A program made the translations under genes and the position numbers. The notes under the pieces were generated by a model that saw only the letters and a program-made list of their open reading frames with translations, searched no databases and was not told where the DNA came from. This document shows, one piece after another, positions 1-9,025 of a stretch of 36,650 nt of DNA (the stretch's first letter is position 1; each line of letters opens with the position of its first letter). The stretch spans positions 1 through 36,650 of IMG/VR virus record IMGVR_UViG_3300042455_001458, one strand, 5' to 3'. The stretch comes from a virus (taxonomy: Duplodnaviria > Caudoviricetes).

Positions 1-109
1 ATAGTTGACATTTCGTCATTTATTGTTTTGTACAGATTTAAAGACATCTAGCACTTCTGTCTACGTGTGATACTATAATTCTCATTGTAATCAATTCCGA
101 GTCACCCCC
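1..109 (-). ncRNA. ssrA: tmRNA (SsrA), 5' portion; continues beyond window start
   Basis: Minus strand from 109 reads GGGGGUG-ACUCGGAAUUGAU, like a tmRNA acceptor strand plus D-loop analogue. A pk1-type pseudoknot follows (AGACA/UGUCU and GUGCuAGA/UCUGUAC). Then AAUAAAU-GAC fits the WAUARNYG resume consensus, with the resume codon at nt 93 (E. coli: 90). Tag begins (A)DEMST. The 3' end is not visible. Confidence 0.85.
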
Positions 110-122
110 AAATTTGTTTATG

Positions 123-154
123 TAAATATACGAATAAAATTCCAAACTACCAAA
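123..154 (-). promoter_or_regulatory. Bacteroidota-type housekeeping promoter (-33 TTTG / -7 TAnnTTTG-like) for the tmRNA
   Basis: Minus strand TTTG-N20-TATATTTA, one mismatch to the TTTG-N19-21-TAnnTTTG consensus, ending 13 nt upstream of the predicted mature tmRNA 5' end. Confidence 0.65.
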
Positions 155-535
155 TTATTGTGTAGCTTCTATTTTTCTAAATTGTAAAAGATTTGGTAAA
201 TACATTTGTATTTTTGGCATTTCCTTTAATACAAATTTAATTGATTTAAAATTACAATCTTTTATTTCATCATCACTTCCAGTTATTTTCCAATCCAAAG
301 TAATTGCAGTATAAAATGGTGCATTTACAAATTTAGAAAAAGCAATTTCATTTATTTCTGTTATTCTACCTGCCTTATCATTTGCTCTTTGTATAAAATA
401 TCTGGATATATATCCTCTCTTATAATCAATTTCAGTTGGGATTGGAATATAGGCTGATATTTGTAAGTTTTTAAAAGATTCTCCTTTTTCAAATCTTGAT
501 AAACCCGTATATCTTATTAAATCTGCTGCTCTCAT
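155..535 (-). CDS. hypothetical phage protein (126 aa), last gene of the tail operon
   Basis: ORF starts 4 nt after the upstream gene's stop; ordinary globular composition; no function recognised. Confidence 0.75.
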   Translation of the reverse strand: MRAADLIRYTGLSRFEKGESFKNLQISAYIPIPTEIDYKRGYISRYFIQRANDKAGRITEINEIAFSKFVNAPFYTAITLDWKITGSDDEIKDCNFKSIKFVLKEMPKIQMYLPNLLQFRKIEATQ

Positions 536-539
536 ATTA

Positions 540-3257
540 TTATTTATTTAATCTAAGTCCACCTTCAACTTCAGTTTTCCATAGCATACCATCAATCGTA
601 TGTTTAACGGATGTTACTTGGAAAAATCCATTTTCTTCATATTGTCTAGGAATACCAATAACTTTAAATTTATCTCCTCTCTTAATTCCACTAACACCAT
701 GAACAGTAAATGAAAATTTAATTGGTAATAATGCTGATACAGTATTCGCATCGTATGCATTTACATTATTATATCCAGCTTTTAGTGCCTGAAATACCAA
801 CTGGTCGTTGTACACTGCATTCATTGTTATTGAAGTAAGTTCCGTTTCCGGCGAACTAACTTGAGTATCTTTCGTAACTGATACTTTAGGATATATACCT
901 ATTTTACTCATAAATAATTTAAAGTTCTTTTCTTTAGCTTCTTCCTTATCCAAAAAAGCTTTAAATTGCTTAACTACTTCTAACTCATTAAATTGCTCTG
1001 TAAGATTTTCTCCAACTTCTTCTATTTTCTCTACAGTATTAGTATAAACTTGGCCAGCTGCTTCAGTAACAGTATCATAAGCGGCTACAGTTCCTTCAAC
1101 AAGCTTGTTTTTTGCTTGTACAATACCATCACCTATACCTGAAACGAAATTTGCAGCTCTATCAAGTAAACCAACTTCTGTCTCTGGGGTAGTGGTTGCT
1201 GTAGCGGTTGATTTAGTAGATGCTGCTGCTTTTGCAGCTTTTTCATCTGCTGCTTTTTTTATTGCAGCTTCGGCCGCAAGTTTATCTGCTATTACTTTTT
1301 GCTGAGCTGCCTTTGCTGCCTCAGCTTTAGCTTGTTTAGCAGCTGCATCTTGTGCTAGTTGTTGAGGAGACATCATTGGTGGTTTTCCAGCTAATGGTCT
1401 TATTACTTTTAAAACCATATCTTGCATATCAGTAAACAATCCTTTCTTTTGCCCTTGTGCTGTATTATTTTGGTCTACTGCCTTTGATACCTTTCCATCT
1501 ACCGATGGTGAGTTGGGATTTAAATCATATCCTAAACGTTTTCCAATAATTTGGCTCATTTTAGCCCCACCCATATCCATATCAAATGATGCATCTAAAA
1601 ATACAGAGTTTACACCAGATACATAGAATGTTGTCATTCCCTTTCCGTTATCTGCCATAAAATTCAAATCAACTACCATCAATTCAGTACTTTTACCATT
1701 AGTTGTAGTTACTTCGATTATTTGAAAATCCCAAATACCCCCAGCCGCACTTGATAATCCATTTAATAGTTTATATAATGCATCTTTTATTGAAAAGTTT
1801 TCTGTTTCTAAAATTCCTTTTGCGAAATCCATATTAACATAAAGGTCATCTAAAAATCCCCACATATATGCGGCTTTATTTATACCTTCAATATTACCAT
1901 CTTTATATTGTATTGATACACCACTAACAGTACCACCTTTTATTGCTTTTGAATATGGAAATTCTACTACCGCACCATCATGTGAAATTGAGCAATTTGC
2001 TGTTTCTGCAAATGTATTTTGCTCATTTACTGAACTAGCTGCTTCTGCTAGTGAAAATTTAGGTGCATTTGCATTTGGTATAAGTAGTTTACTTTTATCA
2101 GTACTATATATATTTTTAAATGCAGAAATAATTGTTTTTTTTGTGTTTACTGTCATACTAACTTCGACACCACCTATTGAAAGTGAACCAGCACCAATCA
2201 TATTCATAATATCCATTAATGTTCCGAATCTAATAAAAGCTTCATCTCCAATAATTTCAGTACCAGATGGAACTTCAACATTTTTACCTTCTGATTTTAT
2301 TTCTTCATCATTTATTGATATTCCTAATATTTCAAAACCAGAAGTAGTATCATTTATATTTTCTTTTACATCCTCATCAACATTAACAAAATTTAAAACA
2401 CTTGCGATAGTTCCATATTTTATTAAACCCTGAATACTTTCGCTTTGTTTATTTGATGGAAGTCTATTAAAAGCCATCATAAAACGTTTTTTACCTAAAT
2501 CAGTTTCTGCAGTTATTTCCGATGGTTTAAATGTTGCTGGTTTTGTTTTTTTTATATTTTCTCTTGTATCTGAATTGCTTGTTACTGTCATATATGCCGG
2601 CAATTCGGTAAATCCAGTACACTTAACAGTTATTGTCCATTTATCACCTTCCATAGTAACATTACCACCACTAATAAATCCTAAATAGTTATCATAGTGT
2701 CCTTCAGCTGCTGCTCTTTTCTTATTAACTTCAACAAAAGATTGGTTAGCCCCAACAATCGCTCCATTTAATTTAGGAGTGTACATAGATACTCCTTGTA
2801 TTGTATTCCATCCCCATTCTAAAAATATTGTATATCCTGGCTCTAAGTAATACTTACATAATTCATCTAATTGAGCTCTTGTGTATGCAGTTATTGTAAA
2901 TGTTGCTTTTCTAGAAAGAGACCCAGCACCTTCTTCAATTTCAATTGTTGTTATATTTGGCTTTGGTCTAAATCCCCAATATTCATTAGCAGTATTAACA
3001 GGAGTTACACCATCCCATTGAACACCAATAGTACCACTAAGTGCATTAGTTCCATAGACAGATGGTGCAATTTTATCACCCACACCACCAAATAATTTAA
3101 AGTTTGGATTTGATAACATCATACATCCTTTCCCAACTCCAGAAGAAACTCTCACCCATGCATTTAAATTTGATACTTTAATAATATCTTGTCTTCGTGC
3201 ATCAAGTTCTTTGGTTACCCAAGGTGCTATGTTTGAAAAATGTGGAAAAGCTGACAT
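540..3257 (-). CDS. putative baseplate hub / tail structural protein (905 aa)
   Basis: Long ORF directly after the LysM/gpX-like gene, where contractile-tail hubs usually lie. The C-terminus (GIKRGDKFKV...FQVTSVKHTIDGMLWKTEVEG) resembles the terminal beta-barrel of gpD/gp27-like hubs. It has an internal Ala/Lys-rich insert. Confidence 0.6.
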   Translation of the reverse strand: MSAFPHFSNIAPWVTKELDARRQDIIKVSNLNAWVRVSSGVGKGCMMLSNPNFKLFGGVGDKIAPSVYGTNALSGTIGVQWDGVTPVNTANEYWGFRPKPNITTIEIEEGAGSLSRKATFTITAYTRAQLDELCKYYLEPGYTIFLEWGWNTIQGVSMYTPKLNGAIVGANQSFVEVNKKRAAAEGHYDNYLGFISGGNVTMEGDKWTITVKCTGFTELPAYMTVTSNSDTRENIKKTKPATFKPSEITAETDLGKKRFMMAFNRLPSNKQSESIQGLIKYGTIASVLNFVNVDEDVKENINDTTSGFEILGISINDEEIKSEGKNVEVPSGTEIIGDEAFIRFGTLMDIMNMIGAGSLSIGGVEVSMTVNTKKTIISAFKNIYSTDKSKLLIPNANAPKFSLAEAASSVNEQNTFAETANCSISHDGAVVEFPYSKAIKGGTVSGVSIQYKDGNIEGINKAAYMWGFLDDLYVNMDFAKGILETENFSIKDALYKLLNGLSSAAGGIWDFQIIEVTTTNGKSTELMVVDLNFMADNGKGMTTFYVSGVNSVFLDASFDMDMGGAKMSQIIGKRLGYDLNPNSPSVDGKVSKAVDQNNTAQGQKKGLFTDMQDMVLKVIRPLAGKPPMMSPQQLAQDAAAKQAKAEAAKAAQQKVIADKLAAEAAIKKAADEKAAKAAASTKSTATATTTPETEVGLLDRAANFVSGIGDGIVQAKNKLVEGTVAAYDTVTEAAGQVYTNTVEKIEEVGENLTEQFNELEVVKQFKAFLDKEEAKEKNFKLFMSKIGIYPKVSVTKDTQVSSPETELTSITMNAVYNDQLVFQALKAGYNNVNAYDANTVSALLPIKFSFTVHGVSGIKRGDKFKVIGIPRQYEENGFFQVTSVKHTIDGMLWKTEVEGGLRLNK

Positions 3258-3264
3258 AAACTAT

Positions 3265-3555
3265 TTATTTTGTAAAATTTCTTAATATTGAAATATAATT
3301 TTGTGGTATTCTTAATATTGTACCTTCTTGAAATCCCAAAGGTGCATCATGTATATTATTTGCCGATGCTATAATCCACCATAGACTTGGATTTTCATAA
3401 TATTGAAAAGCAAGCGTATCTAACCTATCACCCGTCTCAGTCATTACATAAACATCATCATCTCTTAATGGAATATTAGGATATATTTTTGGTCTATATA
3501 CTTCCTTACCATCAAAAGTTTTCTTTGTTTGTTGTTCGTAATATCTACTTTCCAT
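3265..3555 (-). CDS. LysM-like baseplate protein (P2 gpX / T4 gp53-like)
   Basis: GDRLDTLAFQYYENPSLWWIIASAN...GTILRIP is the characteristic LysM/gpX pattern. Confidence 0.85.
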   Translation of the reverse strand: MESRYYEQQTKKTFDGKEVYRPKIYPNIPLRDDDVYVMTETGDRLDTLAFQYYENPSLWWIIASANNIHDAPLGFQEGTILRIPQNYISILRNFTK

Positions 3556-5957
3556 TATTGATATTTTTTAAATAATTCAGTACCTTTATCTATTGCCTTA
3601 CCAGCATCAGAGAATTTTCTTGATTTTTCCTTTACCGTACCAGATTGATAAACGGTTGCTATATACTTTTTATCATCTTCCTTAACCCAAAGTTCGTAGT
3701 TATCTTTACCATCTTTTATAAAGTTTCCCTTACTAGCATCTGGATTTTGTCTCAATGGTGCTAGTGTTGGTAATTTAAACGCATCTATACTAACAGGTGC
3801 TTTTATACCAACCAAATTTCTTTTTTCCAATGAAATTATACTAGCTGGGTCAAACCTAGGTTTAACTTTATCTAAAGGTAATGCTATATTATCCGCATCA
3901 CCATCTGATTTTTTAGTTGTACTATCACCCTCAGGTCCAAATTTAAATGTATCTGAATTATTTATATCTCCGGCTATTTGAGTATTTTTTGAAGATTCTT
4001 CTACTGAATATTTTTGTCCAGCTCGTAATGCTCTTGGTAATTTATCAAATCCATATAAGTAACCATCGCTTGTATTATATTTAGCTTCAAGTAATTTAAT
4101 AGTTATAGCAACATCAACAATCATTGGTAATTTATAATTATCAATAGATGTTTCTTCTTTATTTATAGAAAATTTAGCATCATCCGCAATACCACTAGCT
4201 TCGGTCATTCCAACATACCAAGGAGAATTATCATCCATTGTATATGATAATGATTCAATAAAACATTCTCTATTTTTATATAAATTACCTAAAGTAAATT
4301 GTAAGAATGGTGCTCTAGCTCCGATACCACCAGCATAACCTTGAGGATATGCCAATGATGTTAAAAAGTTTATTCTTTGCCAAGCAGCAATGTGTTGAAC
4401 AGGTGTTGTTGAATACACTCTAAAATTAAATGTAAGACTTCTTTCAATACCAGTATATGTATAATTATTGAATGGAGTTCCTATAAATTTAGCAGAATCC
4501 CAAGATGGAGATATAGTTTCAGATACACCACTTATTGTTGCTCTAAAATTTACTGCCATTCCAGTTGCCAATGATTTAAATTTTAATGTTATAAAATCAT
4601 AATCATCTAAAAAACTACCATCTGATAATACTAATTTAGTATCATTTGGTCCTAAACTATACGGAAGTTTTTCGTTTAAATAATCCGATTTTATTGCCGA
4701 ATCTATTCCCAATTTAGTTCTCATACTAACCTTTGGGTCTACTTGGCTATCTTTTTTCCTAGAGTATTGATTTATAGATACATCATCTCTTGATATTGAA
4801 TTTCCGTTTATACCACCACCAGCCAATAAAGCTTCTAACTTTGAAGATAAATCATTTCTTAAAGCTGGGGAATCTGCTTGAGGGTCAACTGTAGATGTTT
4901 GTGTAACCTTTTCTTTTGTACCAGGTATTATATCACCTATATTTAACCCACCGGCAATACTTTTTTGACCTAATTTTCTAGCTCCAGATAATTTAGAATC
5001 TAATTTACTTTTGTTATCAGATATAAAATCAGTTACTTTTGCTGCTGGGTTATTTATTAAATTTAATGGTATTATACCATCTCCAATTCCTTTTGATTTT
5101 GGAACTAATTTATTAACCTTATTTTGTACTTCAGAGCCACCACCAGCTTCTTTTGTTTCTTTAGCTACTAAAATAGATGAAAGGTCATTTCTTTTAAAAT
5201 AATCTTCATCGTTTGGAGCTATTGTTTCGGAATATTTATCAGTACTATTATATTGTATTTCTTCTTTTCCTTTTTTTGCTAAGTTTTGTGCGGCCACTTT
5301 TGGAGAACCATACAATGCTTTTTTAACTTCGCCTTTGAAAAAATCAATACCAGCTCCCACTAATTTATTTGGTATATCTGCAACAGGTCCTTTAACACTT
5401 GATGCTAATATTTTACCTAATGTCTTACCAATAAGATTACCCTCTCTACCATTTTTAATAGCAGATAATGTAATCATTGTATCGTTTTCTTTACCATCTT
5501 TAAATGATTGATTAAGAACGATTTTAGTTGGAATTAAATTTTGAGGAAATTCTATACCAAGTTTACTTGCTATGTTTTCACCAACTTGCTTTATTTTATT
5601 AGTAGCGTTTCCTATTATACCATTACTACCACCTTGTCCACCAGTTGCTCCTTTCATAATCTCAACCATATCGGTTTTTTGATTATTCAATCTGAACACA
5701 TCTACACCATATATTACAGGACCACTTAATTTACTTATTACTCTAAGTCCAGTAGTTTCTTCCTCAAGTTTAGTTTCTTTTGTTCTAACAGAAGCTGTTT
5801 TTCGTATTGCATTTGCTCCTTTAAATGGCAAATCTAATAATGGGTTATACGGAGTTATTGGCGGTTCTTTACTATTACGAATGTCATAGTTTTGCTGAGC
5901 CGTCTTACCGTTATCCAACACTTTGGTCTTAAATAATTCTTCTAATGTTTTACCCAT
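3555..5957 (-). CDS. putative tail tube initiator / baseplate-tube junction protein (800 aa)
   Basis: Lies between tape measure and LysM genes. Segment FRATISGVSETISPSWDSAKFIG...YTYTGIERSLTFNFRVY...LTSLAYP...LGNLY...FIESLSYT has the tube-initiator (gpU/gp48-54-like) pattern. Confidence 0.6.
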   Translation of the reverse strand: MGKTLEELFKTKVLDNGKTAQQNYDIRNSKEPPITPYNPLLDLPFKGANAIRKTASVRTKETKLEEETTGLRVISKLSGPVIYGVDVFRLNNQKTDMVEIMKGATGGQGGSNGIIGNATNKIKQVGENIASKLGIEFPQNLIPTKIVLNQSFKDGKENDTMITLSAIKNGREGNLIGKTLGKILASSVKGPVADIPNKLVGAGIDFFKGEVKKALYGSPKVAAQNLAKKGKEEIQYNSTDKYSETIAPNDEDYFKRNDLSSILVAKETKEAGGGSEVQNKVNKLVPKSKGIGDGIIPLNLINNPAAKVTDFISDNKSKLDSKLSGARKLGQKSIAGGLNIGDIIPGTKEKVTQTSTVDPQADSPALRNDLSSKLEALLAGGGINGNSISRDDVSINQYSRKKDSQVDPKVSMRTKLGIDSAIKSDYLNEKLPYSLGPNDTKLVLSDGSFLDDYDFITLKFKSLATGMAVNFRATISGVSETISPSWDSAKFIGTPFNNYTYTGIERSLTFNFRVYSTTPVQHIAAWQRINFLTSLAYPQGYAGGIGARAPFLQFTLGNLYKNRECFIESLSYTMDDNSPWYVGMTEASGIADDAKFSINKEETSIDNYKLPMIVDVAITIKLLEAKYNTSDGYLYGFDKLPRALRAGQKYSVEESSKNTQIAGDINNSDTFKFGPEGDSTTKKSDGDADNIALPLDKVKPRFDPASIISLEKRNLVGIKAPVSIDAFKLPTLAPLRQNPDASKGNFIKDGKDNYELWVKEDDKKYIATVYQSGTVKEKSRKFSDAGKAIDKGTELFKKYQ

Positions 5958-5962
5958 TTTTG

Positions 5963-8533
5963 TTATTTAGCGTATGAGTTTCTACTACCTTTATCTACAA
6001 CTGATGTTATTTTAGAAGTAACTTTTTGTCCATCCATATTAACACCAATTTTACCAGAAGATAAGTCAGCTCTCAATCCTTTTATTTCAGCAATTAATTC
6101 ATCCATACCATCACTACCACCAGCTTCACCACCACCACCTAATAAATCACCACCACCCAATGCTACAAAAGCACCAACTGCAATCATACCAGGAATAGCC
6201 ATAATAGATGCCATTGCGAATCCCATTAAAGAAAGAGATAATGCGGCAAATCCACCAGCCATTGCTAACAACCCAGCTGCATTTTCTAAGTTAAATAATG
6301 GAAGTACTTGAGTAACAAACTGTCCTATACTACTAACAACCATTGATATACCATTTGCTATTGCTGTAATTGTTCCAACTATAACGTTACCAATTGATTC
6401 AACTAATGGTGCTAATAAACTTAATGCATATGTTAAAGGTATCAATGCTACCCCAAATCCAGCAAGTAATGCAAGACCTAAGAATGGAACACCAGTTGCT
6501 GCTGCTGTTCCTAATGAAACTAATCCAACTGATAATGCCGTTAATCCAGCTCCAGCCGCAACACCACCAATTGCAATTGCAGCTAATCCAATTGCACCAG
6601 CTGTCATTAATGTAAACCCAACAGCTGCTACTGATAATGTTAGTGCTCCTAATAAGGCTTGTGGATTTCCCATAGCTTGTAATCCAACTCCTATAAATTC
6701 TAATCCAATACCAGCATTAGCTCCAAAAGCACCAAGTGCCATCATAGATGGGATACCAATAACCATAAGAGCTAATCCAGCCGCAGTAGGTATGAGGTTT
6801 AGTGCTCCAAACAAAACTTTCGCACTACCCATTTCTTTTAATCCTGCTGCTAAACTTGCTAATCCACCACCTCCTTCAGGAACCGGTGGGATTGGACCGC
6901 CGCCAGTACCAGGTGTTGGGACTGGACCAGGTACAGTACCCGGTGCACCACCACCACCAAATAATTTTCCTATGATTGGTATTTTAGATGCCATTCCTTT
7001 TACATCAAATCCCATTTGTGCAAAAGAACCACCCAATTGTGCACCAGCCATCACCATTCCACCTAAAGCTTCTAGTGATGTACCTAAGTATTTGTTTAAT
7101 CCAGCATTAATAGTTTCTCCAACTAAACTAAATGTTGCGTTTATCTTACCACCCATCGTAGCTGCTTGCTCCTGATTTGTTACCATCTTTTGCAATTCTT
7201 CTACCGATGTTCCCATTAATTCTGCCGTTTTTTTCTTTTGGAAATAATCCATTTTATTGAATGCATCAACTCCACCTAATGCACTTAGTGTTTCTTGAGT
7301 TGCCCCAGCTATATCACCTTGATATGCCAATGCTCTTGCTTTATCTAAATTAATATTTTTACCAAGCATTGCACCCAACTCCATTTCAGCGTTAATTGAG
7401 TTTTCAAAATCTAAAAGATTATCAGCCAATCCAGTCATAGTTTTTAAACTAACTCCCATCTTAGCAGCTGCTCCAGCGGCTTGAATCATATTTTTACCAC
7501 CTTCTTTACCAAATAGTGCAAATGCTTCAGTATTTGCTGCTAAATCTTCCATAAGAGCGCCAGGTATTAAACCATTTTGAGCTGCAAACTCTTGAGATGC
7601 TTTTGTTAAGTTTAATGCTGTTTCTTGGCTATTACCATTCAACCTTGCAAACGAACCAATTAATCCAGCTGCTTCAATTCCACTAATACCCATATTAACT
7701 GATATAAGCGATGTTGATGCTTGTAATTGCCCCGATACATTATTTATTCCGCCAAATTGTGATGCTAATTCTTTTGCATTTGCTACAGCGTTATCATCAA
7801 AGAAAGCAAGTGCCGTTGTTCCAAATTCAGCAATACCACCCAACTGACCTCTAACCTCACCCATCTTACCAAGGAACTTACCAGCGCCAATAAGACTCAT
7901 ACCAAGCAAACCACCAGGTCCGCTTGTTAATATAGCAGCAGTATCCAATATACCACCTATTGTTTTCTTTATAGTATTATATGTCTCCAATTGAGCTTCC
8001 AATTGTTCCTTTTGACCTTCTGTCATTGAAGAATAATCTCTTGCTAATTCATTTTGATTTTTAAGATTATCAACTATTTCTTGCGATATACCAGCCATTC
8101 TACCAAATCTGACTATTTCGGAATCAAATTGTTCTTGTAAAATTTGTCTTTCTAAAGTTTGGTCAGCCGTAAGTTGGGATATTTTTTGATTTATATCAGC
8201 TAAATTATTACCCCTTGCAACAGCAGTGTCTGATAAATTTCCAGCTTTTAGCATTAAATCAATTCTCTGTTTATCAGCTTTTTTCAAAGGTTCATACATA
8301 GAACTCAATGATTTCATACTGTTTATAGAGTCAACGTATGATTGTCTTTGTGCTTTTTGTAGTTCTAAATTTACTCTTTGAAGTTCTCTACCTATTCTAA
8401 GTCTTTCACGATTTAATTCATTTTCCCTTTGCGCATTCTGTATCCCTTGAGCATTATATGCATTTATCTGCTGAGTAAGTCTTCCTAATTCGCCTAATAT
8501 GGCTAATCGTTCTCTATTTAAGTCTTCTGCCAC
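5963..8533 (-). CDS. tape measure protein (856 aa, GTG start)
   Basis: Coiled-coil N-terminus, Ala/Gly-rich helical core and long hydrophobic C-terminal segments; downstream of tube and chaperone genes. Confidence 0.85.
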   Translation of the reverse strand: MAEDLNRERLAILGELGRLTQQINAYNAQGIQNAQRENELNRERLRIGRELQRVNLELQKAQRQSYVDSINSMKSLSSMYEPLKKADKQRIDLMLKAGNLSDTAVARGNNLADINQKISQLTADQTLERQILQEQFDSEIVRFGRMAGISQEIVDNLKNQNELARDYSSMTEGQKEQLEAQLETYNTIKKTIGGILDTAAILTSGPGGLLGMSLIGAGKFLGKMGEVRGQLGGIAEFGTTALAFFDDNAVANAKELASQFGGINNVSGQLQASTSLISVNMGISGIEAAGLIGSFARLNGNSQETALNLTKASQEFAAQNGLIPGALMEDLAANTEAFALFGKEGGKNMIQAAGAAAKMGVSLKTMTGLADNLLDFENSINAEMELGAMLGKNINLDKARALAYQGDIAGATQETLSALGGVDAFNKMDYFQKKKTAELMGTSVEELQKMVTNQEQAATMGGKINATFSLVGETINAGLNKYLGTSLEALGGMVMAGAQLGGSFAQMGFDVKGMASKIPIIGKLFGGGGAPGTVPGPVPTPGTGGGPIPPVPEGGGGLASLAAGLKEMGSAKVLFGALNLIPTAAGLALMVIGIPSMMALGAFGANAGIGLEFIGVGLQAMGNPQALLGALTLSVAAVGFTLMTAGAIGLAAIAIGGVAAGAGLTALSVGLVSLGTAAATGVPFLGLALLAGFGVALIPLTYALSLLAPLVESIGNVIVGTITAIANGISMVVSSIGQFVTQVLPLFNLENAAGLLAMAGGFAALSLSLMGFAMASIMAIPGMIAVGAFVALGGGDLLGGGGEAGGSDGMDELIAEIKGLRADLSSGKIGVNMDGQKVTSKITSVVDKGSRNSYAK

Positions 8534-8539
8534 TTATTT

Positions 8540-8764
8540 TTATATTTTTGCTTTTGGAATTTGCGAAAGTATTTTATCCAATTCTTCTTTTTCTTTTTTT
8601 ATTTTTTCCATTTTTTCAATAGCTTCTTGGCTCATTCTAGCTGCTCTAGCTTTTGATAATACTCTATCTACTGCATTATTTTTTAAACCATCGAAAAAAG
8701 CATCACTAAATTGTTTAGCTGCTCCGAATAATCCTTCCTTTATTGGTTGTGTTTCGTTTGACAT
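8540..8764 (-). CDS. hypothetical protein (74 aa, helical, charged)
   Basis: ORF with AAGGA and an ATATTTATA motif upstream; abuts the tape measure start. Confidence 0.7.
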   Translation of the reverse strand: MSNETQPIKEGLFGAAKQFSDAFFDGLKNNAVDRVLSKARAARMSQEAIEKMEKIKKEKEELDKILSQIPKAKI

Positions 8765-8782
8765 AGTGTTTCCTTTATATTG

Positions 8783-8791
8783 TATAAATAT
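8783..8791 (-). promoter_or_regulatory. putative late-promoter motif ATATTTATA
   Basis: Recurrent intergenic motif, here between the terminator and the start at 8764. Confidence 0.55.
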
Positions 8792-8799
8792 TGGATAAT

Positions 8800-8830
8800 A
8801 AAAAAGTGAGGATTATCGTATCCTCACTTT
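8800..8830 (-). terminator. rho-independent terminator
   Basis: Minus strand AAAGTGAGGAT-ACGATA-ATCCTCACTTT-TTT: an 11-bp perfect stem running into a U tract. Confidence 0.8.
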
Positions 8831-9025
8831 AGAACTTTTTGCTTTTGAATTAGCTCTCTTAACCTCATCTGCTTCTCTTTTCTTCAATTCTATTAGTTTA
8901 TTAAAATAAAATCTCCTAAGATAAATCGGCATGTGGTAAACATCTGACCAAGTAAATCCATTACTAAATTGAACCATCTCCCAAATTTGAGAGTGTAATG
9001 TGATTTTATAATCAGGTGGTAGGGT
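8813..9025 (-). CDS. hidden tail-assembly chaperone extension (gpT / T4 gp51-like), probably frameshift-fused to 9012-9815
   Basis: 70 sense codons TLPPDYKITLHSQIWEMVQFSNGFTWSDVYHMPIYLRRFYFNKLIELKKREADEVKRANSKAKSSKVRIR*. The W-x-D/E-V-x-x-M-P-x-x-x-R motif is typical of these extensions. An internal ATG at 8977 would give 54 aa. Absent from the ORF track. Confidence 0.8.
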   Translation of the reverse strand, partial: TLPPDYKITLHSQIWEMVQFSNGFTWSDVYHMPIYLRRFYFNKLIELKKREADEVKRANSKAKSSKVRIR

